DNA of 61,031 bases, taken from the IMG/VR virus record IMGVR_UViG_3300006920_000008, positions 1 to 61,031 of that record. One strand, 5' to 3'. The notes under the pieces are model-generated. The model made no database searches, was not told the origin of the DNA, and worked only from the letters and a program-made list of their open reading frames with translations. The DNA comes from a virus (lineage: Duplodnaviria > Caudoviricetes). The position numbers were made by a program, and so were the translations under genes. Shown here piece by piece: positions 48,809 through 59,578 of this stretch (its first letter is position 1; the number at the start of each line of letters is the position of its first letter).

Positions 48809-51800
48809 ATGAATCCATTAGAAGGCAAAACAAAAGAAGAGGTTGAACAACTGTTAAGGGATTACATTACTACGGTTAACAACCCGGTATATAAAGGGAA
48901 TATAGATGTAATAAATTCTAAGTTCCCTGAATTTAGTGGAATAGATGTTCAGGTGTTACAGGACTATATTGCCACTTATAATAATCCGGAATACTCAGGA
49001 AATTACGATGTAATAAATTCTAAGTTTCCTGAATTTTTTGCAGGAGTAAAAAAAAAAAAACAAACACAAGAAGATACGGATTCTTCTTCGGAAGATGGTT
49101 CTTCGGATTTGTCCGACATTCCTGAATTTGACCCAAGTACATTTAATTATGACCCAACCGCACCGGGTGCTCCAAGAGACACAAGAGAAGATGGCTATGT
49201 AAGTCCTATGTCTACCCAAAATATGGGTATGTATCCTGAGCAAAATGTTCTTGAAAGAGCACAAAACCAAATGGCAGCAGACTTTGCTTTTACGACAGAG
49301 CAAAGAAATAAAGATTTACCGGACCTAAGACTACAACAAGAGCAAGAGGCTAAGGCTAAAGAAATAGAAAGAGAGTTAAAGAATGCAGAGATATTAGGTG
49401 TACTACAAGACGAAACTTTTGTAAATGAAATATCACAAATAGATGCTTCTCTTATAGATAAAGAAGAGGAAGAGGTTGTTCCTTTTTTAATAAAGAATTT
49501 TAAAAAATATGGGTTTAGGTTTGTTGAATCAGGCATTGGCGATAACGTTACTGTAACTGCACCTGATGGAAAAACTACAACTACAATTGATTTAGACCCC
49601 TTCACATCTGACGGGGAAAGACAAGGAGCAGATAAACTAAGAAACTTTATAAAAGGAAACCTTGGTGGTGCTGCTAAAAAACCTTTATCGTCTGAAGTTC
49701 AAAAAGCAATCAAAGCAAAAACATTAAGAAAGATTCCTTTAAAAAACGAAGATGGAACAGTATCAACTGTTAGAATGACCTCGTTTGAAGAGGATGGTAA
49801 GCACAAGGTTATACCTATGCTGCATCCTGTTAATCCTGACCACTATACATCAGATGGGATGTGGTGGCATCAAGACTTAAGTTTTGATGAGGCTTTAAAA
49901 TTGGCAAGAGAAAGAGATGAGGTTTTTGAATTCGACACCAAAGAAGAAGCAGAGGCTTTTGCTCAGGGCAGTTGGAAGGATGTGGCTACTGCAGAGGCAG
50001 AGATGGAAAAATACTATGATGAGAGAGGTCTTGATTATTCTACTGAAAGAAAACTTTTATCTGATTATGACGAAGCTAAAGACACAGAAAACTTTTTAAG
50101 TGGTGCTCCGTTTAAACAAGAAGACCTTAGTCCTCAGGACCAAATAAAATATGATAAATTTTATATCAATGGTAGATTAAGGGATGATTCTTATGAACTT
50201 AAAAAGGCTGCTACAAAAAGAAGAGAAGAATTAGCAGATGCATATCTTGATGACGAAGCAATGTATGTTAGGGAAGAAGCAGACCTTTATCTTGAAAAAA
50301 GAAGAAAGGCTACTATTGGGGATGCAATAAAAATAAACGTTGCCGCAAAAGAAGCTGAACAAGCAATTGAAAATAAAAGCTTAAGATATTTTGGTGTGAA
50401 GCCAAGTGAATTAAGTCTTTACGAACCCCAAGACGAAAGAGAGGCTCAGATAAAAAAAGTTATTGAATTAGAGTATGGTGCTCAACAATACAAATCTCAG
50501 ATTGCTGCAGATGCTTATAAAGAAGCTTCAACATACTATGATTTAAAGTACGACAAGTATGCTGAAAAAGAGTATGCTGAAAATTGGGAAGGGTTTCAAG
50601 TAGCCTTAGAGAACGGAACCAATATGGGTAAAGCAGGTGATTTAATTTTAGCTGCTACAATGTACCCGGGGTTTATGGATGGTATTGACCTTGAAGACCC
50701 TGAGTCTACTTCATTAATGGCAGAGAAGATTGTAGACTATATGAATCGAACTTCTGACAAAAGGTCAAGAGTTTTAAATAGATGGGAGAAAGCATCTAAT
50801 ATGGATGAGAATTGGGATGTTATTTTAGACGACCCATTTGAGTGGATGACATCATTAGCAGCACATAGTCTCTCTATGATGTTGCCGTATGGTAAAAAGA
50901 TTATTCCTATATCTATGGCTGCAGGTACAGTTGCAGGTGGAGTTTATGGTAGTGTTGTTCCCGGTGCAGGTACTGCTGCCGGTGCAGCAACAGGATTTAC
51001 TTGGGGTACAAGAACAGGGTTTGCAGCTACTTCATTGGCTATGGAATATACCAACGCAGTTCTTGAGGCTATTACAAATCAAGGATACGATATGACAGAC
51101 CCTGAATCTGTGGCAAAAGCTTTGAATGACGAAAAAGTTTGGGCAGAAGGTAAAGAGCGTGGATTTAAAAGAGGTGTTCCAATTGCTATTGTAGATTTAA
51201 TTACTGCAAAATTAGCAGGTAACCTTATAAGAGTTGGAAGTGTATCAGGAAAAGGAGCGAGAATTGCAGCTTTAACTGCAGAACGTATGATAGCTGACCC
51301 AATTGGTGAAGGCTTTGGCGAACTTGCTGCTCAAATAACAGTTGGTGATGATATAAACATCAAAGAGATAATGGCTGAGATGGGTGGTGCTATGGGTAAC
51401 AACACATCTAATATGGCAATTAATCTTGCACTACAAGCAAGAAGTAGAAACAACTTAGAGTTAGCATCAGCATTTACAGATATAAAGTTTATGTCTGATG
51501 AGTTGTCTTCAGGAACTAAGATTTCTGCTTGGGCAAATAATATGGAACGTCTTGGTCAAATAGATGCTGAGACTAATCAGCGTATACAAATGAACGTTGG
51601 TTTAAGAAAGACTGCAAGGGAACTGTTAAATAACACAGGAGCATTTTCAAGAATTAAAAGAAATGGCGAAGTAGAAACAAGAGTTATGGAACTTCTTGCA
51701 GCTAAGGAGGAAATGTCATCAACACCAAATAGAAAATCAATTTTCAGTAATAAGATTGGTGAAATAAATAAAGAGTTAGAGGACATAATTACTACTCGAA

Positions 51801-54800
51801 AAACAAGACCACTAAACGAGCAAACTATTCTTGCAGGTACAGGTGTTTTTTCTATTGGAGAACAAGCAAACGTTTCTGATGTAAGAGAAGGGTTACCATC
51901 TTATAGAATTAAGAAAAATAGATTTGGAAGATTACAACAAGTTTCTAAAGAAGAGTTTGTTGAATTTATAAATGGACTTAGTCCTAATGAGTTGCTTCGT
52001 ATGAGTGCAACTGTAGATAATGATGATGAGGTATCTAAGTTAGTTTCTCGAAAGTTAGTTGAAGCAAACATTCAAGAAGCAAGAGGTGGTGCTCAAACAA
52101 CTACGGAAACTGAAACAGAGGTAAGAGATACTCCTGAAGCTGAAACAGAGGTAAGCGAAGAGCAAAGTGAAGTTCCTACAGAAACAGGCATTGTTCCTAC
52201 AACAACAGAAGAAGTGTCTTCAAAGACACAAACTGAAGAAACCACTCCGGCATTACCTGAGGGTACTCAAACAACTCCTGCTCTTAATCAAGGTCAAGGT
52301 CAAGCAAGTGTTGGTGTTATAGAAGAAACAAAAGAAACAGAAACCCAACAAGCGGCAGAGGACTTTGAGGCTTCACTAAAAGAAGAGGAATCAGGTAAAA
52401 AACCAAAGGTAGATTTCAGATTAGAGATAGATGAGACTACTGATGAAAATGCAAAACAAGAAGCTGAAGATGAAGTGACCAATGCAATAAACGCAATGGA
52501 AAGTCCAAACGTTGATGTTAAGATTACACCTGATGAAATGACATCAGAAAAGATTGATGTTGATGAACTAAATAGTAGAACAGATAGACCACTGAAGATT
52601 ACTAATCTTAAAGTTGTCAAGGGTGTTCCTACTATGTTTAGTATTACAGACCAACTAACAACAGGAACCGTTACTAATCCTGTTACGGGGAATGTAATTG
52701 AAGACCTTAAGGGTGCGATTGGTTTCAATGGAACTGTAGGCAATGAACAAGCAGCTTGGGCAAATGTGGAAGAGAAAGAGGCTCAGACTATTATAAGTAG
52801 AGCAGAAAAAATCTATCAAGAAAACCAAGAAATATTTAAAGATTTTTGGGCAAAGAATCCTGAGTACAATGGTTTGGTTCCAATGAACATTGTTAAGATG
52901 GGTCAAGATGCTATGCAATCTAACGAAGCAGTTGTAAGAGTGTTAGCAGATAATATAGGTACGTTGCCTAAGAGAAACAGAAAGTCAGCAGTTCGTGTTT
53001 TAAAAACACAGATGAAGGAGGACTTGGTTAAGTTAAAGGCTAAGCCTAAAAAGAACGCTACTGATAAAAAGAATATTAGAAACCTAACTGACCTATTAAA
53101 AAGATTTAGAGAAGGCAAGGTTACAACAATGGACCAAGCACTTACTCCTCAATTTATAGAGAATATGTCTCTACCTATGAGAGCAAAGTTGGTTGGATAC
53201 CTAACCACAGGAGTCATTCAGGAAGCTAAGGGTAAAGAAAAGAAAGTTGGAGGAGTAACTAAAAGCACAAAGGTTACAGTAAAAGAACTTTTGAAAGGTG
53301 TAGAACAGGATGCAGCTAAACTAAACTTGGCTCAGATAACTAATTTACTTACAGACCCACAACTAAAAAACGTACCTATTGGTAACGTTGTTGCGTTGGT
53401 TGGTGTTGATGTTTTAAATCCGGGTATCATAGAAACCACACATCCTAATTACAAATATGGTGTTAGAGGAAAGTCAATTGGTATACTTGAAAATCCACAA
53501 TCAATGGAGACGGTATATCCTAAAGCTTTCGAAAAGATAATGGCTAAGATGATTACCTCTGAATCAAGTGGTAAAAAGTTTGCTGCTAAAACAAAAAGAA
53601 CTCAAACAACAGGTGTGGGGATTGGTGTTCCGGATAAAGATTATATTGGTATTATGGCAACCATCAATCCTGATGAGTCTACCAAACTAAATGCATTTAT
53701 GAACTTAGCGTTCCCGTCTGTAGTAATAAATTCAGACGTAGATACATTCAACAATGTAATGTCTCAAGACAACGTTAGAACATATCTAAGAGGTGATGAA
53801 ATCATTTATGGTGTAACAGTGGATGGAGATATTTATATCAACCCTGAGGTGCACGAAACCAAGTCTTCCTTGTACAATACATCTATACACGAAATGGGTC
53901 ACGTTTGGACAGACTACTTACAGACAACAAAGAAAGGTAGAGAGATTTACAAGAAGGGTGCTGAGGTTGTTCAAGAAACTGAGGAGTTTAAAAAACAACT
54001 TAAAAGATTTGATGGTGATGTAGATAAAGCCACAAGAGAAGCTATGGCTATTCTTATTGGTAATAAAGGTGAGACAATAGTTAATGGTTCTATTAAGTCC
54101 AAGTTCAGCGAATGGTTGATTGGGATGTGGAATTATATCAAGTCTCAATTTAAAATGTCTAAAGACCTGTCAGCAGAAGAAATTCAAAACTTAACACTTG
54201 ATGAATTCTTAGGTACTGCATTAGCAGATATCTTTGCAGGTAAGCCACTGAAGATGACAGAGGCTCAAACAAAAGCTTTAAAAAACCCTGAAGCTATGTT
54301 TAGTTCCGGGATGAGTATAGATAGTATTATTCAGAAAGGAAGAGACCAAGGTATCCCTGATGAATCAATTAGAGTAGTCTTAAAAAACAGAGGCTTTAGT
54401 GCAACTGATATCAACAAGGCAATGGTAGTAAACATAGGATTAAGAGTTCCTATGCCAAGAGTTTTTGGAGATGTGAACGAAGGTGCGAAGGTTGGTTTTA
54501 GATTATTTAATAATGTAAGAACTGCAGTAAATAAATTTGCATTTGACAAGACGGGAAGAATTAAAACTTTTTCTGAGATAAGAGAAAAAGCATTTGATAC
54601 TTTAAAAGCCGACCCAATATTTAAAATTCAAACTGAACAATTACAGAACGAGTTACTTGTTGCATTTGATAGAGCACTTGGTATTAGAGGAAATGCTAAG
54701 GTTGCAAGAGAAATAAATAACATTAAGAAAAATCTTAAGCAAAGAAAGATAAGTGCAGATAATCTTACAGATGCACAAAGAAGAATGAGAATGATTATTC

Positions 54801-57724
54801 GTAAGCTTCTACCTGCAGGTAAGAATTATTCTAAAACAGTAATCAACAGATTACTAAAAACAGTCAACACAACTACACCTAAAAACTTCATAGGTAAAAT
54901 GTCTGAGGTTTTAAAAGAAGTTGAGATTGAAAGAAATAATGAAAAGAACAGAGTAATAAAAGACATCCTAACTATAGTAAAAAAGAAAGCAAGAAAATCT
55001 AAAACATCTTCAGGCAAGGTAAGAGCAGCAGGGTTAGATGCAATAGGTCAAGCCTATTTCTCTCAAGTAAAAGAAGTTTTGGATGCAGTAATGAAACAAG
55101 ACTTCGAAACATTACAGGAATTAGCAGATAGCGTTAGAGACGAAAAGATTACAGAAATACTTCAGAAACAAGAAGAAGGTAAGAAGCTTACATCAAAAGA
55201 AAAGTTACTTCTTGACAGAAGAATTGCAATAGATTCTTTTGCAGACGTTATGACAATGGAACTTGAAGATGTTCAGGAGTTACTCGAAGATGTCAAGAGT
55301 GCAAGGAAAGAATCAATTCAAAGATTAAATAACAGAAAAGAAGAAAGAAGACAGAAAGTAGAAGAAAAACAAAAAGAGTTTAATGAACAAATAAAAGACG
55401 ACTTTGGTCAGCTATATGATGAGAACGGTAATCCACTAAACGATAACGGTCTTGAGAAGAATAAGCAGTTTATTAGAAAAGCATTTAAAGAAAAAGGATT
55501 GTTTGGAGCAGTCACTGCATTCTTTAATCAGTTTAAAGAAAATGGTGTAAAAGATTTAACATCAAATGGTGTAGCTAAGTTTATGCAAAACTATGTTACT
55601 CACTTTAAAACGTTTACTAATATACTTGACGGAAATAAAGACGGAATGTTTACTGAAACATTTTTTAATGTGTTGAACGACTTCGATGAAAGAAATCTTC
55701 AAGGTGTTAGAAGAACCGAAAGTGATATGAATGCTATGACTAATTCTACTCACGGTAAAAAATGGACCGATTGGAAGTATTCATTAGGAACAGATGTTCA
55801 AGAGTTGTCATTTATAGATACAGAAACAGGTAATAGAACCTCAAATGTTTTCAATAAAGACCAAGCAATGAGAATCTATGCGTTGTCTCTAAACCCAATT
55901 CAGGCAGAAAAGTTAGCTAAGATGGAGGTGGATTTAGAATTAGTTAAAAGATTTATTGGTAAAGACAATCAAGAGTTGGTAGAGCAAACTGTAGATTTTT
56001 TAAGTAATAAATATTTTGAAGAGACCAATTCAGTTTACCAACAAGTAAATGATGTTAGTCTTGGTTATGTAGAAAATTACTTTCCTACAAGAACAATTAG
56101 TAAAGGAGCAATCACCAACGATATGATTCTTCAAGGAGAGTTTAACAAGGTGTTTACTGCGGAGTTTTCTCCTGCACTTAAAGAGCGTGTTGATTTAACA
56201 GGAGATGTTTTATTAGGCTTGTCTTTCAGTGAGGTTATGGAGGAGCACGTTAAGGCTATGGAGAAGTACAAGGCATATGCCGTAGGTGTCAAAGAAATGA
56301 ACGCAATACTTCAGGACCAAGGAATACAAAACCTTTTAAACGAAACAGGTTTGAAGCAATTGTTTTCAAGGTCGCTTAATTATGCCATTAATCCTGATTC
56401 GGGACCACAAGTAGAAAGTGCAGATGTGGTTACAAAATTACAATCTTTGTTTACAGGTTTTGCTTTAGCACTAAAATTGGTTCAGATTCCAAAGCAGATG
56501 TCTTCATTTATATTTGCGTGGCAAAAGTATAACGCATTGCCATCAGGTAAATATATTCCGGGGTTAGACACACTTGGGTTTATGAAAGACTATGCTGAGG
56601 TATTGTTGTTCTTAAGAACAAATATTAAGGAAGCAAGAGAGATATCGGCAACTTTTGATAATCGTATCAAGCAAGGTTTAGAAGGTGATGTATTTGGTAT
56701 TGAATCGGGTGGTAGAACTTTTAAGAAAACAAAAGCACAACAAGGTAGAAAGGGTCGTGCTGCAAGAGCATTTACAAAAGTAAAAGGTTTTACTACAGTC
56801 GCAGGGGATATCCTTGGTGTACTCGGATACAAAGCTTTATACAACAGACAAATCAGAAATGGTGTAGATAAAAATGAAGCACTTAGAAATTTCAATGATT
56901 ACAACTCTACTCAGCAATCAAGAAGAGCAACAGAAAAAGTAGGACTTCAGCAAAGCACAGATGCTCTTAACAGAACGTTTACAATGTTTGGTAGTTCTTT
57001 GTTTCTAATGATGAACAATGTTTACCAATCTTCTATGAATGTAACAAGCGACATTATGAAGGGTAAGATGCCTAAGAGAGAACAGATTCGTAAATTGCTT
57101 TTAAATTATTCATTAGCAAACGTTGCGTTTACCGCAGTGTCATACGCACCTGCATTACTTCACGGTAAAGATGGAGAGAAAGATAGAGCGTACAAAGCAT
57201 TGAGAGATGCAGCGTTAGGACTTAACTTAATCTATGCTATACCTATTATGGGTTCTGCAATTGAAACGGCAATAGCATACGCTGAGAAAGATAGAAAGCC
57301 AATCTCTGATGTTGTAAACCCATTAACATCTGTAGTTAGAAAAGTATTCAAGAGTATTAAAGATGTCAGTGGTCCTGATGGGTTAGTTCAAGCAACGAGA
57401 GTGTTGTTAGAAATTTATTCAGGAATGCAACTTGATGCACCAATAGGATTAATAAAGCTTCTCGGAGGCAGTGGTGATTCAGATGATATGTATGATGCAC
57501 TTGGTATCACACCATCTTACAGACCGGGTTATGGGCAAACTAAACCAAAGGGTGAAACTAAAAAGAAATCAACTACTGCAGAAGATAAGAGAGCAATAAA
57601 GGCTATTGACCCTGAGTTGTACGAAGAACTATACGGGAAAGAAAGACCTACATATGGAATCGAGCAGGAGTTAAAACAGATGAAAAAAGAAATAAAAGAT
57701 GAACTTAAAGAGACATATAACTAA
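48809..57724 (+). CDS. giant (2971 aa) polyvalent/ejection protein with a zincin-like HExxH motif
   Basis: IYINP...SIHEMGHVW...EAMA; Gly/Ala-rich membrane-like segment; N-terminal tandem repeat. Confidence 0.75.
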   Translation: MNPLEGKTKEEVEQLLRDYITTVNNPVYKGNIDVINSKFPEFSGIDVQVLQDYIATYNNPEYSGNYDVINSKFPEFFAGVKKKKQTQEDTDSSSEDGSSDLSDIPEFDPSTFNYDPTAPGAPRDTREDGYVSPMSTQNMGMYPEQNVLERAQNQMAADFAFTTEQRNKDLPDLRLQQEQEAKAKEIERELKNAEILGVLQDETFVNEISQIDASLIDKEEEEVVPFLIKNFKKYGFRFVESGIGDNVTVTAPDGKTTTTIDLDPFTSDGERQGADKLRNFIKGNLGGAAKKPLSSEVQKAIKAKTLRKIPLKNEDGTVSTVRMTSFEEDGKHKVIPMLHPVNPDHYTSDGMWWHQDLSFDEALKLARERDEVFEFDTKEEAEAFAQGSWKDVATAEAEMEKYYDERGLDYSTERKLLSDYDEAKDTENFLSGAPFKQEDLSPQDQIKYDKFYINGRLRDDSYELKKAATKRREELADAYLDDEAMYVREEADLYLEKRRKATIGDAIKINVAAKEAEQAIENKSLRYFGVKPSELSLYEPQDEREAQIKKVIELEYGAQQYKSQIAADAYKEASTYYDLKYDKYAEKEYAENWEGFQVALENGTNMGKAGDLILAATMYPGFMDGIDLEDPESTSLMAEKIVDYMNRTSDKRSRVLNRWEKASNMDENWDVILDDPFEWMTSLAAHSLSMMLPYGKKIIPISMAAGTVAGGVYGSVVPGAGTAAGAATGFTWGTRTGFAATSLAMEYTNAVLEAITNQGYDMTDPESVAKALNDEKVWAEGKERGFKRGVPIAIVDLITAKLAGNLIRVGSVSGKGARIAALTAERMIADPIGEGFGELAAQITVGDDINIKEIMAEMGGAMGNNTSNMAINLALQARSRNNLELASAFTDIKFMSDELSSGTKISAWANNMERLGQIDAETNQRIQMNVGLRKTARELLNNTGAFSRIKRNGEVETRVMELLAAKEEMSSTPNRKSIFSNKIGEINKELEDIITTRKTRPLNEQTILAGTGVFSIGEQANVSDVREGLPSYRIKKNRFGRLQQVSKEEFVEFINGLSPNELLRMSATVDNDDEVSKLVSRKLVEANIQEARGGAQTTTETETEVRDTPEAETEVSEEQSEVPTETGIVPTTTEEVSSKTQTEETTPALPEGTQTTPALNQGQGQASVGVIEETKETETQQAAEDFEASLKEEESGKKPKVDFRLEIDETTDENAKQEAEDEVTNAINAMESPNVDVKITPDEMTSEKIDVDELNSRTDRPLKITNLKVVKGVPTMFSITDQLTTGTVTNPVTGNVIEDLKGAIGFNGTVGNEQAAWANVEEKEAQTIISRAEKIYQENQEIFKDFWAKNPEYNGLVPMNIVKMGQDAMQSNEAVVRVLADNIGTLPKRNRKSAVRVLKTQMKEDLVKLKAKPKKNATDKKNIRNLTDLLKRFREGKVTTMDQALTPQFIENMSLPMRAKLVGYLTTGVIQEAKGKEKKVGGVTKSTKVTVKELLKGVEQDAAKLNLAQITNLLTDPQLKNVPIGNVVALVGVDVLNPGIIETTHPNYKYGVRGKSIGILENPQSMETVYPKAFEKIMAKMITSESSGKKFAAKTKRTQTTGVGIGVPDKDYIGIMATINPDESTKLNAFMNLAFPSVVINSDVDTFNNVMSQDNVRTYLRGDEIIYGVTVDGDIYINPEVHETKSSLYNTSIHEMGHVWTDYLQTTKKGREIYKKGAEVVQETEEFKKQLKRFDGDVDKATREAMAILIGNKGETIVNGSIKSKFSEWLIGMWNYIKSQFKMSKDLSAEEIQNLTLDEFLGTALADIFAGKPLKMTEAQTKALKNPEAMFSSGMSIDSIIQKGRDQGIPDESIRVVLKNRGFSATDINKAMVVNIGLRVPMPRVFGDVNEGAKVGFRLFNNVRTAVNKFAFDKTGRIKTFSEIREKAFDTLKADPIFKIQTEQLQNELLVAFDRALGIRGNAKVAREINNIKKNLKQRKISADNLTDAQRRMRMIIRKLLPAGKNYSKTVINRLLKTVNTTTPKNFIGKMSEVLKEVEIERNNEKNRVIKDILTIVKKKARKSKTSSGKVRAAGLDAIGQAYFSQVKEVLDAVMKQDFETLQELADSVRDEKITEILQKQEEGKKLTSKEKLLLDRRIAIDSFADVMTMELEDVQELLEDVKSARKESIQRLNNRKEERRQKVEEKQKEFNEQIKDDFGQLYDENGNPLNDNGLEKNKQFIRKAFKEKGLFGAVTAFFNQFKENGVKDLTSNGVAKFMQNYVTHFKTFTNILDGNKDGMFTETFFNVLNDFDERNLQGVRRTESDMNAMTNSTHGKKWTDWKYSLGTDVQELSFIDTETGNRTSNVFNKDQAMRIYALSLNPIQAEKLAKMEVDLELVKRFIGKDNQELVEQTVDFLSNKYFEETNSVYQQVNDVSLGYVENYFPTRTISKGAITNDMILQGEFNKVFTAEFSPALKERVDLTGDVLLGLSFSEVMEEHVKAMEKYKAYAVGVKEMNAILQDQGIQNLLNETGLKQLFSRSLNYAINPDSGPQVESADVVTKLQSLFTGFALALKLVQIPKQMSSFIFAWQKYNALPSGKYIPGLDTLGFMKDYAEVLLFLRTNIKEAREISATFDNRIKQGLEGDVFGIESGGRTFKKTKAQQGRKGRAARAFTKVKGFTTVAGDILGVLGYKALYNRQIRNGVDKNEALRNFNDYNSTQQSRRATEKVGLQQSTDALNRTFTMFGSSLFLMMNNVYQSSMNVTSDIMKGKMPKREQIRKLLLNYSLANVAFTAVSYAPALLHGKDGEKDRAYKALRDAALGLNLIYAIPIMGSAIETAIAYAEKDRKPISDVVNPLTSVVRKVFKSIKDVSGPDGLVQATRVLLEIYSGMQLDAPIGLIKLLGGSGDSDDMYDALGITPSYRPGYGQTKPKGETKKKSTTAEDKRAIKAIDPELYEELYGKERPTYGIEQELKQMKKEIKDELKETYN
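52214..52229. repeat. 16-bp palindromic motif, copy 11 (VSSKT in a low-complexity linker)
   Basis: GTGTCTTCAAAGACAC. Confidence 0.95.
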
Positions 57725-57879
57725 TGCCATTTAAGAGAGTTGGTTCAAATAAAAACGTAAGTCCAAGTGGTAGGGTGTTCACTGATAAACAAGTGAAACT
57801 CTACTACGCAACTGATGGATTTAAAAAATCTAAGCTATCAAAGAGTTCAAGGAAAAGAAGAAGAAAGAAGAAGGATTAA
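57724..57879 (+). CDS. small basic protein (51 aa)
   Basis: Manual ORF MPFKRVGSNKNVSPSGRVFTDKQVKLYYATDGF...; TAATG overlap with the giant gene. Confidence 0.55.
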   Translation: MPFKRVGSNKNVSPSGRVFTDKQVKLYYATDGFKKSKLSKSSRKRRRKKKD

Positions 57880-58284
57880 GTCTACACCTTCTGATACTTT
57901 TAAGTAGCCTACTTCTTTTGATATGGTTTGTCTATCTGAGAAATCTGTTTGTTTAGGTAGGTCTCTGCGTGACCATTCTACTTCATATTGTTGTAAATAA
58001 AAACCCCAAACACCTTTAGGTGTGGAGTTTATATAAACAGGTATTGTACCATAAGTTTTACTACGCTCCATAAGTGAGACGTATTTTTTTCTTTCTATAA
58101 TTAATTCATCATAGTGTTTTCTTCTACACTTTAACTCTATATCTAAATTGTATTCGGAAGAATAACAATCATACCTACTGTTTGTAAATTTAGTAGGGTT
58201 TAAATCTTGTATAAAATTTTTTTTTATAAATGCAAATAGCTGCTGCTCCGAAGCAATCTCTTGATAGTCATATGTCATCCTCAA
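57847..58284 (-). CDS. PD-(D/E)XK nuclease-like protein
   Basis: SRYDC...DIELKCRRKHY. Confidence 0.6.
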   Translation of the reverse strand: MRMTYDYQEIASEQQLFAFIKKNFIQDLNPTKFTNSRYDCYSSEYNLDIELKCRRKHYDELIIERKKYVSLMERSKTYGTIPVYINSTPKGVWGFYLQQYEVEWSRRDLPKQTDFSDRQTISKEVGYLKVSEGVDLILLLSSSFP

Positions 58285-58462
58285 CTGATATTGAAATATC
58301 CTTTAAGATAGACTGCAACAATTTAATTTGTGATTTTAAAACCTCAAAGTCTCTATCCATTAGAGCCTCGTAGATTTCAGTAGTAGAGTCGTGAATGTTG
58401 TCCATCAGGTAGTTGATGTGAGCGATACGTTCTTTGTCATACGCTGATGGGTCAGGAGCCAT
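58268..58462 (-). CDS. hypothetical protein
   Basis: 64-aa ORF in the operon. Confidence 0.6.
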   Translation of the reverse strand: MAPDPSAYDKERIAHINYLMDNIHDSTTEIYEALMDRDFEVLKSQIKLLQSILKDISISVEDDI

Positions 58463-58463
58463 T

Positions 58464-58721
58464 CTATAAGGGTTCTTTTAATGTGTCTTTTGAGTCCATT
58501 GTTTGTAAGAACAAAGTCCCCATACTATTATTAATTGTTTTAATTGCTAAATAAATTCTACGAGACATTTTTTTTACTTCGTCTTTCTCTTTCCTTGTAG
58601 AGTCCGTACCAAGATGACAATGCATACTGCAATCCATTTCAAGAAGCCTGTCCTGCTTTCTTTTATTGGACCAAGTCTTATAGGAAAGTACCTTTTCTAT
58701 TTCACTTGTCGTAAATACCAT
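58464..58721 (-). CDS. hypothetical protein
   Basis: 85-aa ORF in the operon. Confidence 0.6.
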   Translation of the reverse strand: MVFTTSEIEKVLSYKTWSNKRKQDRLLEMDCSMHCHLGTDSTRKEKDEVKKMSRRIYLAIKTINNSMGTLFLQTMDSKDTLKEPL

Positions 58722-59250
58722 TGTAGAATTGATTTAATTTATGTAAGATTACATCTTCAGTTCCAATTCGGGTTCTTTCTTGTATCACTTTAAACAATTC
58801 TTGAAACCTTTTGTCTTTTTCTTGGAATTCTTTTAGACGTAAACTAAACTTTTCTGTTTCCGAAGATAACTCTTTGTTTCTAATTCTCAAAGAAATTACT
58901 TCTTTTTTTAGTTCATTTTCTGACGCATAATAAATTGGGTCATAATTCTTATTGAATTCTGATTTAATTCTTTCGTAGTTATTACGCAGTTGAACATCGG
59001 TTTTTACATACCACTTAAAGTTTTTAAAGTAGTGTAGCATGGAAGCGTGGTTCATTAACATCGACTTCGCTATAACACTACAACCATACCCTGCTTCATT
59101 TAATATGGTAGCATAAATCATTTTAGCATTTACATTGTGTTGTACTCTGCTTCTGTCTTTTCGTACATCAACTCCTAAGAGAGTCTTCACTATCGTTCTC
59201 AGGTGGCTGAATTGCTCCTCCTTCAAGTATAAAGTTTCTAATTGGTTCAT
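58702..59250 (-). CDS. DnaA C-terminal-like HTH plus coiled coil
   Basis: SRVQHNVNAKMIY...IAKSMLMNHASMLHY. Confidence 0.55.
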   Translation of the reverse strand: MNQLETLYLKEEQFSHLRTIVKTLLGVDVRKDRSRVQHNVNAKMIYATILNEAGYGCSVIAKSMLMNHASMLHYFKNFKWYVKTDVQLRNNYERIKSEFNKNYDPIYYASENELKKEVISLRIRNKELSSETEKFSLRLKEFQEKDKRFQELFKVIQERTRIGTEDVILHKLNQFYNGIYDK

Positions 59251-59578
59251 TTTTTATTATATGTGATTTGATTGAGTTGTTATTTGATATAAAATCTAAG
59301 TATTCATCTACTTCTATTTCATTAAGGTCTACTAATATAGGTCTTTCTGTTTCTTGTTTTAAATATTCAACAACAAAAAATATGGGTTCTTCTTTTTTTA
59401 TTACACCTGCAACCTCTTGGGTCCATCCATTTTTTATTGGAAGAAACTCCATTACAGATACGGTTTGTCCAATGATTAAAGATGCATCATCAATACTGTA
59501 GTAGCTAAGCTGCTGATAAAACCAATCATCAACTTCATACGCTAACTCATCCTCTAAATACTTCAGTTGTAAATCCAT
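59168..59578 (-). CDS. hypothetical acidic protein
   Basis: 136-aa ORF. Confidence 0.55.
   Translation of the reverse strand: MDLQLKYLEDELAYEVDDWFYQQLSYYSIDDASLIIGQTVSVMEFLPIKNGWTQEVAGVIKKEEPIFFVVEYLKQETERPILVDLNEIEVDEYLDFISNNNSIKSHIIKNEPIRNFILEGGAIQPPENDSEDSLRS

Noticed and set aside
54011-54025. DGDVD in the giant protein as the DxDxD motif of a crAss-like virion RNA polymerase
   Set aside because: It lies between HExxH and the downstream Glu of the zincin-like domain, with no other RNAP context recognisable; a structure search would be needed to revive the idea
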